In this document: positions 29,595-37,135 of the stretch, piece by piece
Position numbering within the stretch: position 1 is the stretch's first letter
How the letters are laid out: the number at the start of each line of letters is the position of its first letter
Position numbers and translations under genes: made by a program
Notes under the pieces: model-generated
What the model was told of the DNA's origin: nothing
What the model saw: the letters and a program-made list of their open reading frames with translations, nothing else
Database searches by the model: none
DNA from: Kofleriaceae bacterium
GTDB lineage: Bacteria; Myxococcota_A; Polyangia; Haliangiales; Haliangiaceae
Direction: 5' to 3'
Length of the DNA stretch: 64,000 nt
Assembly (NCBI GenBank): GCA_025357755.1
Contig: JANXOP010000049.1
Span: 32,333-96,332 of the forward strand

Positions 29595-31235
29595 GTGCAC
29601 GTAGTAGCCGATGTCGATCGCTTGCAACGCGAGCTCGAAGCGATCTTCGGGCCGCGGCGGGTGTCGACACGCGCCGTCGATCTCGAGACCTATTCGCGCG
29701 ACATGTGGCCGCGGTTGTTGATCGCATATCGCGAGGGCCAGCAGGGACCTCGCCCGCACGTCGTCGTATGGCCGGAGCACGTGCGCGAGGTCGTCGCGGT
29801 CGTCAAGCTCGCGCGCGAGCAGCGCATCCCGATCGTGCCCTACGGCGGTGGCTCGGGTGTCTGCGGGGGCGCGGTGCCGATCCTCGGCGGCATCACCATC
29901 GACATGAAGCGGATGCAGCAGATCCGTTCGGTCAGCTCGGCCGAGCTGGTGTGCGATGTCGAGGCCGGGTTGAACGGCGAGCGCTTCGAGCGCGAGCTCG
30001 CGCGCCGCGGCTACACGTTCGGGCACTTTCCCTCGTCGATCTATTGCTCGACCGTGGGGGGCTGGATGGCGACCCGCGCGGCGGGCCAGCTGTCGACCAA
30101 GTATGGCAAGGTCGAAGATCGCGTCGCCGGGCTCACCGTGGTCACGGGCCGCGGCGAGGTGATCGAGACCGACGGTCCGACCCGAGCGCTGCGTGGCCCG
30201 AGCTGGACGCAGCTGATCTGCGGCAGCGAAGGCACGCTCGGCATCATCACGTCGGCTCGGTTGCGCGTGAATCCCGCGCCGCAGCAGCGGGTCTTTCGCG
30301 GCTACGAAGTCGAGAGCATCGAGCAGGGGCTCGAGGCGATTCGCCGGGTCGTCCAGAAGGGCCTGCGCCCCGCGGTGATCCGGCTCTACGACGAGCTCGA
30401 CACGCTGATCAACTCGATGAGCCATCACGATCCGAAGGAGCCGAACGAGCGCGACAAGACGCTCCAGCCGCCGCACCTCGATGTCGAGACCGGCGCGCTC
30501 CCGGCGTGGCCGGAGATGGAGCGGGAAGACCGCGGCTTCGTCGATCGCATGATCGCGCTCGCGAAGGGCAAGGGCCTCCGCGGCACGGCGATGAACCTCG
30601 CGCTCGGCAAGAGCAGCGTCGTCAACAAGTTGTTCGGCGCGGTCGAGAAGGTCGCGCGCCGCGGATGTCGGATGGTGATCGGGCTCGAAGGCGCGCGGAT
30701 CCGGACCGAGGTCGAGGCGGCGCTCACGTTCGCGGAGCTCGAGGCCGCGGGGGCGAAAGATCACGGCGAAGATCCGGGCTGGGCGTGGCTGCGCCATCGC
30801 TACGCGGTGAGCTATCGGATGTCGCCGGTCTTCCGCGACGGTGCCTTCGTCGACACGATGGAGGTCGCGGCGAGCTGGGATCGCATGCAGGATCTCTATC
30901 ACTCCGTGCGCAACGCGATCGGCAAGCACGCGCTCGTGATGGCGCACTTCTCCCACGCGTACGCGGATGGTTGCTCGATCTACTTCACGTTCGCCGGCCA
31001 CGCGCCGGATGCGCCGGGCGCCGAGCGGCTGTACGACGCGATCTGGCGTGATGGGCTCGAGGCGACGACGCGAGTCGGCGGGACGATCAGCCATCACCAC
31101 GGCGTTGGCCTGCTCAAGGCGCCGTACATGGCGGGCGAGCATCGCGAGGCGATGGCGCTGTTCGAGGCCGCGAAGCAGAGCCTGGATCCCGAGGGCGTGA
31201 TGAACCCCGGCAAGATGGGATTGCGCCAGCGATGA
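29595..31235 (+). CDS. FAD-linked oxidase, alkyl-DHAP-synthase-like
   Basis: PIVPYGGGSGVCGGAVP (FAD-binding PCMH domain), GSEGTLGIIT, C-terminal GGTISHHHGVGLLKAPYM (AGPS-like SHHHGVG). GTG 29595 start is uncertain and lies only 29 nt from the divergent hbd-like start. Confidence 0.75.
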   Translation: MHVVADVDRLQRELEAIFGPRRVSTRAVDLETYSRDMWPRLLIAYREGQQGPRPHVVVWPEHVREVVAVVKLAREQRIPIVPYGGGSGVCGGAVPILGGITIDMKRMQQIRSVSSAELVCDVEAGLNGERFERELARRGYTFGHFPSSIYCSTVGGWMATRAAGQLSTKYGKVEDRVAGLTVVTGRGEVIETDGPTRALRGPSWTQLICGSEGTLGIITSARLRVNPAPQQRVFRGYEVESIEQGLEAIRRVVQKGLRPAVIRLYDELDTLINSMSHHDPKEPNERDKTLQPPHLDVETGALPAWPEMEREDRGFVDRMIALAKGKGLRGTAMNLALGKSSVVNKLFGAVEKVARRGCRMVIGLEGARIRTEVEAALTFAELEAAGAKDHGEDPGWAWLRHRYAVSYRMSPVFRDGAFVDTMEVAASWDRMQDLYHSVRNAIGKHALVMAHFSHAYADGCSIYFTFAGHAPDAPGAERLYDAIWRDGLEATTRVGGTISHHHGVGLLKAPYMAGEHREAMALFEAAKQSLDPEGVMNPGKMGLRQR

Positions 31236-31257
31236 GCGCGAGAAACGCGGAGCAGCG

Positions 31258-32499
31258 ATGACCGCGAGCGCCATGACCGCGCTGCGTTCCGCGATGGTCG
31301 CGGCGGTCGGCCCGGCCTACGTCACCGACGAGCCTGGTGAACACCCGGGGCTGCGCGTGACCCCGGGCTCTGCGGCCGAGGTCGCCGAGGTGATTCGTCG
31401 CACCGGCGAGCTGGGCGCGACCATTCATCCGATCGGCGCGCGCCGCCGCCCGGTCGAAGCCTCGGCCGATGATCGCGAGCGCGTGTTCATCTCGACCTCG
31501 CGCCTCGATCAAGTGCTCCAGCTCGACGAGCACTCGCTGCTCGTGCACACGCAAGTCGGGCTCACCGGCCAAGCCCTCGAGCGGATCCTCGCGCCGCGCG
31601 GGCTCTCGCTTGGCGACTATCCGCCGGTCGTCTTGGCCTCGTCGATCGGCGGCATCATCGCGGTGCGCACGCCTGGAAAATCGAGCGCGCGTCATGGCTT
31701 CTTCGAAGACGCGGTCGTCGGAGTTTCGGCGGTGCTCGCGGATGGACGCACGGTCCACACCCGCGTCGCGCCGCGCCGATCGACGGGTCCGGATCTCGCG
31801 CGCGTGCTGTGCGGCAGCGAAGGCACGATCGGCTTCATCACGAGCGCGGTGCTGCGCATCCACAAGGTGCCGGAGGCGCGGCTCGTCGGCGCGTACCTGT
31901 TGCCCTCGATGGAAGCCGCCATCAACGCGGTGTATCTCGCGCTGCGTGAAGAGGCCGCACCCTCGGGGATCCGGATCTACGATGCGGCGGAAGCCGCACG
32001 GCACTTTAGCAACCTCGAGCTCGCGCCCGATCAGGTGTTGATGTGCGCCGGCACGGCGGGGCCCACGGATCTCGCGGCGTGCGATCGCGATCTCATCACG
32101 AGCGCCGTGATCGCCGAAGGCGGCTGGGCCACCGATACGGGGCTCGCGGAGCTGTGGTGGCGCCGCCTGCACGAGGGCGAGCCCACCCCGGCACCGCTGC
32201 CGACCCTTCAAGTGATGGGGACACCGACGAAGTTGCAGGTCGTCTATCGCGCCGTGATCGCGGAAGCCGCGCGGCTCGGCACGTCGGCCTCGGCGCATAT
32301 CTCGCGCTTCGATCCAGATGGCGGCTTGTTGTTCGTGACCCTCGGCGACGAAGCGCAGACCGCCACGATCGAAAAAGTCGCTGCGGCCGCGGGTGGTTGG
32401 TTGCTCGGTGCCCGCGCCACGAAGCTCGACGGATATCTGCGCTCGCTCCGCGCCGTGCTCGACCCGCGCGGCATCATGAACCCCGGCACACTCGCGTAA
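31258..32499 (+). CDS. FAD-binding PCMH-type oxidoreductase (GlcE-like partner subunit)
   Basis: AAEVAEVIRRTGELGATIHPIGA, GGIIAVRTPG, GPDLARVLCGSEGTIGFIT, C-terminal LDPRGIMNPGTL. Confidence 0.75.
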   Translation: MTASAMTALRSAMVAAVGPAYVTDEPGEHPGLRVTPGSAAEVAEVIRRTGELGATIHPIGARRRPVEASADDRERVFISTSRLDQVLQLDEHSLLVHTQVGLTGQALERILAPRGLSLGDYPPVVLASSIGGIIAVRTPGKSSARHGFFEDAVVGVSAVLADGRTVHTRVAPRRSTGPDLARVLCGSEGTIGFITSAVLRIHKVPEARLVGAYLLPSMEAAINAVYLALREEAAPSGIRIYDAAEAARHFSNLELAPDQVLMCAGTAGPTDLAACDRDLITSAVIAEGGWATDTGLAELWWRRLHEGEPTPAPLPTLQVMGTPTKLQVVYRAVIAEAARLGTSASAHISRFDPDGGLLFVTLGDEAQTATIEKVAAAAGGWLLGARATKLDGYLRSLRAVLDPRGIMNPGTLA

Positions 32500-32520
32500 G
32501 TCCCACGCGGAGCAGGGGAT

Positions 32521-32540
32521 CTTGGAAGTGTTTCTCCAAG
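32521..32540 (+). promoter_or_regulatory. Small hairpin just upstream of paralog 1
   Basis: CTTGGA-agtgtttc-TCCAAG, ending 4 nt before ATG 32545. Could occlude the ribosome landing site or act as a weak terminator after the FAD oxidase genes. Confidence 0.25.
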
Positions 32541-32544
32541 TGAG

Positions 32545-33543
32545 ATGAAGTCATCACGACGGGTCACCCGGTCGTGGTTGTGTAGCGTGGTGAGGCGCGC
32601 GCTCGCAGTCGGGCTAGTGATGGCGGCGGCGCCCGCCCTGGCCGATCCGTGTGCGGTCACGATCGTGCGTGCACCCGCCGCCGTGCGCGCCACCGTCGAG
32701 AGCTGGCTCGCGACGGAACGCTGTGGCGTGTCGCTCGCGGTCCGGATCGTCGAGAGTGAGGGCGAGCTCTACATCTTCGCGATCGACGACAAGGGGGGCG
32801 TGCGTGAACGCACCGTGCCGGACGCGCAGAGCGCTGGCCTGCTGATCGCGAGCTGGACCGCCGACGATGGGCTGACGACTCCGACCTCGGTCGCCGCGCC
32901 CGTACCGACGCCGAGCATCGAATCGACGCCGGCCCCGACGCCCGTGCCCTCCGTCTTGATGGCCAGCGACACGACCGTCCGCGAGCACTTCGACGGTCGA
33001 CCGATCCACTCGCTCGAGAGCCAAGGCGACGAGCACTGGCTCACGCTCGCGGCTGGCTCGACGATGACGTCGGGCTTCGCGGGTCGCGCCGAGATCGAGG
33101 TGGTGCGCCACCAGGGCTTCGCAGTGAGCATCGTCACCGGCATCGCTCAAAACCGAGATGCCGCGAGCCTCGACTCGACGATGACGTCGACCTTCCACCC
33201 GAGCTACACGGATCTCGTCGCGATGGTGGGTGTCCAGCATACGTGGCGATGGCCGCGCTGGCACGTCCGTGCCGGCGTCGCGGCGGGTGTCGTCGTGTCG
33301 TCGCTGTCGCTCGACTGGACGAACCCGTACGGCAACAGCGTTCGCGAGACGGCGTCGTTGGTGTCGCTGGTCACCGAGGCCTCGACCGCAGTGGGCTACG
33401 CGGTCACCGCACACTGGGAGGCCGAGGTCGGTCCCGCGATCACGAGCTCGAACCAGGGCTACTACTTGCCGAACCAGATGGAGACGCTGCTGCGTAGGCC
33501 ATGGAGCGTCGCCGTGTACGTCGGAGTCCGTCGTTCCTTGTAA
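32545..33543 (+). CDS. Paralog 1 of an uncharacterised exported family: signal peptide, two-Cys N-domain, Pro-rich linker, predicted small beta-barrel
   Basis: MKSSRRVTRSWLCSVVRRALAVGLVMAAAPALA / DPCAVTIVRAPAAVRATVESWLATERCGVSLAVRIVESEGELYIFAIDDKGGVRERTVPDAQSAGLLIASW. Linker TPTSVAAPVPTPSIESTPAPTPVP. Amphipathic strands ending VAVYVGVRRSL. Confidence 0.75.
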   Translation: MKSSRRVTRSWLCSVVRRALAVGLVMAAAPALADPCAVTIVRAPAAVRATVESWLATERCGVSLAVRIVESEGELYIFAIDDKGGVRERTVPDAQSAGLLIASWTADDGLTTPTSVAAPVPTPSIESTPAPTPVPSVLMASDTTVREHFDGRPIHSLESQGDEHWLTLAAGSTMTSGFAGRAEIEVVRHQGFAVSIVTGIAQNRDAASLDSTMTSTFHPSYTDLVAMVGVQHTWRWPRWHVRAGVAAGVVVSSLSLDWTNPYGNSVRETASLVSLVTEASTAVGYAVTAHWEAEVGPAITSSNQGYYLPNQMETLLRRPWSVAVYVGVRRSL

Positions 33544-33598
33544 CCGTCCGGGTCGAAAAACCGGCGATGAAAAGCCGGCGACCGGCAACCCCCTACGC

Positions 33599-34513
33599 AT
33601 GCGCCTCTGGCTCTCCACCCTCGCACTCGGGACGGTCGTATCCGGCGCGGCGTTCGCGCAAGCCGCACCATGTTCCGTGACGATCGTGCGGGCACCCGAG
33701 AGCGAGCGCGCGACGATCGAACAGATCATCGCGAGCGAGGTCTGCGCCACCTCGCTCCAGGTGCGCATCGTCGCGACGGAGACCGGGCTCTACATCCTGG
33801 CGACCGATCCGCGAGGGTACGTGCGCGAACGCGTGGTTCCCGACGCGACGAGCGCGGGCGTGTTGATCTCGAGCTGGGCGGGCGAAGCCGCCGTGCAGGC
33901 GCTGCCGCCATCGCCACTCGTGACCGAGCCGGTACTCGCGCAGGGCGACGACGATGCCCCCCCGCTGCCCGTGTTCGTGCAGCAACCCGACAAGTTCCTC
34001 GCGCTCGCACTCGGGACCGGTGTGCAGCAAGGCACGTTCTCGAGCGACGGCCTGATCGCGCTGCGCGCCGAGCTGGATCTCGCGAGTTACGAGGACTGGA
34101 CGTTCGGCGTCATCGGCTCGCTCAGCCGCGCGACCGCCAACACCGACGGCATCTCGGTCTACGGAAGCAGCTACAACACCGCGGCTGCGAACGTGAACGA
34201 CTACGCCGTCGCACTCGCGGTCGGGCACGTCACTCGCTGGGATCGCTGGGACCTGCGCTTCGGCCTCGGCGTGGGCGCGATCGTGACATCGATCAGCGCC
34301 ATCGGCGGCGATCAAGGCTCGATGAGCCGCAGCTGGATAGAGGGCTCTCTGTTGCTGGGCCACGCGCTCGGTGACGGTAAGGCCTGGGAGCTCGAGGTCG
34401 GGCTGGAGGCCTCGCGCGCCGACCAGCAAGGTCAAGTCCGAGACATGCCCTACACCATCGAGCGCGCACCCGGCTCTTTGTTCGCACTCGCCGGCCTTCG
34501 GCGGGCACTCTGA
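33599..34513 (+). CDS. Paralog 2 of the same family
   Basis: MRLWLSTLALGTVVSGAAFA / QAAPCSVTIVRAPESERATIEQIIASEVCATSLQVRIVATETGLYILATDPRGYVRERVVPDATSAGVLISSW ... LFALAGLRRAL. No alternative start codon between the paralog 1 stop and ATG 33599 in this frame. Confidence 0.75.
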   Translation: MRLWLSTLALGTVVSGAAFAQAAPCSVTIVRAPESERATIEQIIASEVCATSLQVRIVATETGLYILATDPRGYVRERVVPDATSAGVLISSWAGEAAVQALPPSPLVTEPVLAQGDDDAPPLPVFVQQPDKFLALALGTGVQQGTFSSDGLIALRAELDLASYEDWTFGVIGSLSRATANTDGISVYGSSYNTAAANVNDYAVALAVGHVTRWDRWDLRFGLGVGAIVTSISAIGGDQGSMSRSWIEGSLLLGHALGDGKAWELEVGLEASRADQQGQVRDMPYTIERAPGSLFALAGLRRAL

Positions 34514-34515
34514 TC

Positions 34516-35508
34516 ATGCGCGCGGTCATCTTTATCGTGCTGGTCACCGCGGCGCGCGCATTCGCGCAACTGCCGCAGGAGGCGGCATGCGAGGTCGCGG
34601 TCGTCCGCGCACCGGACGATGCACGCGCGACGATCGAGCAGATCCTCGCGAGCGAACATTGCACCACGTCGCTCCAGGTTCGCGTCATCCCGACGACTGG
34701 CGGCCTGTACCTCATCGCGACCGACGATCACGGCCGCGTCCGCGAGCGCGTCGTGCCCGATGCGACGAGCGCGGGGGTGCTGATCGCGAGCTGGTCGGCC
34801 GATGATGGCGTCGCTGGCTCGATCGCGCCTCCCGCTCCGTCACCATCGACCTGGCAGGGGCCACCGCGCGTGCCCTACGGCGATACGTTCCATCCTCCGA
34901 GCTCGGTTGTTCCAGAGGGTGTTCCAGAGGGTGCCCTCGACGGTGACGACACCGACGCCGGTGAGCCACCACCGAACGTGCCACGCCCGAAGCGGTTCCT
35001 TGCATTTGGTGTTGGCCTCGGCGCCAACAGTGCGTACGGGATCCGCGCCGAGGTCGACGTGCTCGCGCATGCTGGTTGGACGGTCGGCTTGATGGGATTC
35101 CTCACGGGTCAGACGATGCGGGTCGATGACCCTGCCAAGTTCCAGACCCTCGATGCGCAGGTCGTCGACTACGGCGCCGCGGTCACCGTCCGTCGGATCG
35201 TGCGCTGGGCCGATTGGCATCTCCGTTTCGGGGCCGGCCTCGGCGTCCTGGCCTCGACCGTCAACCTCGATCAGGTGGCTTACAGTGCGACCCGCGTCGC
35301 GCGGGGGAGTGGCACGGCCGCGGCGCTCTGGGCCGAGGGTGCGGTGTTCCTCGGTCACTCCATCGGCGAGACCAAGAAGTGGGAGCTCGAGATCGGGCCG
35401 ACCGCTTCTTACGCCGAGGAGACCTGGGACATCGCGGACACGATGTCGACCCTGACGCGGCAGGCCGGCAGCTTCCAGGTCATCGCCCAGCTGCGTCGAG
35501 GCCTATGA
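34516..35508 (+). CDS. Paralog 3 of the same family
   Basis: MRAVIFIVLVTAARAFA / QLPQEAACEVAVVRAPDDARATIEQILASEHCTTSLQVRVIPTTGGLYLIATDDHGRVRERVVPDATSAGVLIASW ... FQVIAQLRRGL. ATG 2 nt after the paralog 2 stop. Confidence 0.8.
   Translation: MRAVIFIVLVTAARAFAQLPQEAACEVAVVRAPDDARATIEQILASEHCTTSLQVRVIPTTGGLYLIATDDHGRVRERVVPDATSAGVLIASWSADDGVAGSIAPPAPSPSTWQGPPRVPYGDTFHPPSSVVPEGVPEGALDGDDTDAGEPPPNVPRPKRFLAFGVGLGANSAYGIRAEVDVLAHAGWTVGLMGFLTGQTMRVDDPAKFQTLDAQVVDYGAAVTVRRIVRWADWHLRFGAGLGVLASTVNLDQVAYSATRVARGSGTAAALWAEGAVFLGHSIGETKKWELEIGPTASYAEETWDIADTMSTLTRQAGSFQVIAQLRRGL
34909..34932 (+). repeat. Perfect 2 x 12-nt tandem duplication inside the paralog 3 linker
   Basis: GTTCCAGAGGGT GTTCCAGAGGGT encodes VPEGVPEG. 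In-frame slippage-type duplication. Confidence 0.85.
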
Positions 35509-35558
35509 AAGCTCGACTCGTCTCCGATGAAACGCGGGCTTTCGGCAACCCCCTGACC

Positions 35559-36551
35559 ATGCGTCTGTCCTTCGTCGCCCTGCTGACCGCCAGCACCGCC
35601 GTGGCTCCCGCGTTCGCGCAGCCCGCCGCGCGGTGTGCCGTGACCGTCGTGCGTGCGCCCGACGACGTCCGCCTGACGATCGAACCGATGCTCGCGACGG
35701 AGCACTGCACCACCTCGTTGCAGGTTCGCGTCATCCCGACCGAGCGCGGCTTGTACGTGATCGCGGGTGACGAGCACGGCCGGATGCGCGAGCGTGTCGT
35801 CCCGAATGCGACAAGTGCTGCCGTCTTGATCGCGAGCTGGGCCTCCGACGACAGCATCACGGGCGCGCCACCGATACCTGTACCACCGGTCTCTGCACCA
35901 CCGGTCGCGGCCGTCCACGACGGCATCATGGGACCGAGCATGGTGCCGAGCACCGCACCGAGCATGGTCGACGAACCCGATCGCAGCGATGAGGACGACG
36001 AGGTCGCCCCGGTGCAGCATCCCGCGCGGTTCATCACCCTCGGCATCGGGGGCGCTGCGGGCAGCGGCACGGGGATTCGCGCGGAGGTCGATCTGCTCGA
36101 TCACTGCAACTGGACGTTCGGGATACTCGGCTCGATCACCGGCGAGACGATGCGTGTCACGGACTACATGCAGGCATACGCGACCAACTACACCGCGACC
36201 ACCAGCGACTACGCGCTCGCCGTTGCCGTCGGCGGTACCCACCGGTGGGGCACCTGGCATCTGCGTACCGGTGCGGCGCTCGGGCTCGTGATCTCGACGC
36301 TCGAGCTCGAGCCGGACTACTCGAACCAGAACTCTCCGTTCGCGGGCGGTTCGGGCACGACGGCGAGCCCGTGGTTGGAAGCCCATCTGCTGGCGGGGCA
36401 CTCGCTCGGTGCGACCAAGCGGTGGGAGCTCGAGGTCGGTGCGACCGTGTCATACGCGAAGCAGAGTTGGTTTGTTGGAGCGACGATGGAGACGCTCGCG
36501 CGCGATGCCGGGAGCATCATGCTCGTCGCCAACGTGCGGCGCGGAATCTGA
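35559..36551 (+). CDS. Paralog 4 of the same family
   Basis: MRLSFVALLTASTAVAPAFA / QPAARCAVTVVRAPDDVRLTIEPMLATEHCTTSLQVRVIPTERGLYVIAGDEHGRMRERVVPNATSAAVLIASW ... IMLVANVRRGI. An in-frame ATG at 35505 (ATGA overlap with paralog 3) is an alternative start. Confidence 0.75.
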   Translation: MRLSFVALLTASTAVAPAFAQPAARCAVTVVRAPDDVRLTIEPMLATEHCTTSLQVRVIPTERGLYVIAGDEHGRMRERVVPNATSAAVLIASWASDDSITGAPPIPVPPVSAPPVAAVHDGIMGPSMVPSTAPSMVDEPDRSDEDDEVAPVQHPARFITLGIGGAAGSGTGIRAEVDLLDHCNWTFGILGSITGETMRVTDYMQAYATNYTATTSDYALAVAVGGTHRWGTWHLRTGAALGLVISTLELEPDYSNQNSPFAGGSGTTASPWLEAHLLAGHSLGATKRWELEVGATVSYAKQSWFVGATMETLARDAGSIMLVANVRRGI

Positions 36552-37135
36552 TGAAGAAAGGAGAGCTCGTCGAGCTACGACCGTCGCGAGCTGCTCGCGC
36601 GATGGACCAGGAGATCTCCGATCCGGGTCTGGTAGCGGCATGCGCTGCGGGCGATCGCACGGCGCGCGCCTTGCTGTTCGAGCGCCACGTCGATGCGATC
36701 CATCGCTTCGTCGCGCGCATGCGCGGTAGCGATGCGGATGTCGTCGACGATCTGGTCCAGGCGACGTTCTTGCGCGCGTTCGGCGCGGCGGTTCGGTTCA
36801 ACGGTACGACCGCGCGGGCGTGGCTGCACGGGATCGCCGCGAATGTCGTGAAGGAGCACGCGCGCAAAGAGATCCGTCGCAAGAAGGCGATGAGCGCGGT
36901 CGCCGAGGTGACGTTCGGGACGGCGCAGCCGGTCGATCCCACGCTCGCGCGCCTGCCGGGTGCGATCGCAGAGCTCCCGCATGCGCTGCGCGCGGCGTTC
37001 GTGCTGATCGATCTCGAAGGCGAGAAGGGGGTCGATGCGGCGAACGCGCTCGGTATCCCTCAAGGCACGCTGTGGCGTCACGTCTTCGAAGCGCGCTGTG
37101 CCTTGCGCGCGACGCTTCATGGAGATGATCCGTGA
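36551..37135 (+). CDS. ECF-type RNA polymerase sigma-70 family factor
   Basis: ATG overlaps the paralog 4 stop (TGATG). Region 2: LLFERHVDAIHRFVARMRGSDADVVDDLVQATFLRAF. Region 4: LPHALRAAFVLIDLEGEKGVDAANALGIPQGTLWRHVFEARCAL. Confidence 0.85.
   Translation: MKKGELVELRPSRAARAMDQEISDPGLVAACAAGDRTARALLFERHVDAIHRFVARMRGSDADVVDDLVQATFLRAFGAAVRFNGTTARAWLHGIAANVVKEHARKEIRRKKAMSAVAEVTFGTAQPVDPTLARLPGAIAELPHALRAAFVLIDLEGEKGVDAANALGIPQGTLWRHVFEARCALRATLHGDDP

Noticed and set aside
32477-32498. ECF-type promoter (GAAC ... CGTA) upstream of paralog 1
   Set aside because: The spacing between the GAAC and CGT elements is 13 nt by my count, not the 16-17 nt typical of ECF promoters, and it lies inside the preceding coding region. 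I treat it as chance.
35505-35558. Earlier ATG (35505, ATGA overlap with paralog 3) as the true start of paralog 4
   Set aside because: It would add an acidic 18-residue N-extension before the signal peptide. The co-linear leader of paralog 2 has no start codon in the equivalent frame. I kept it as an alternative, not excluded.
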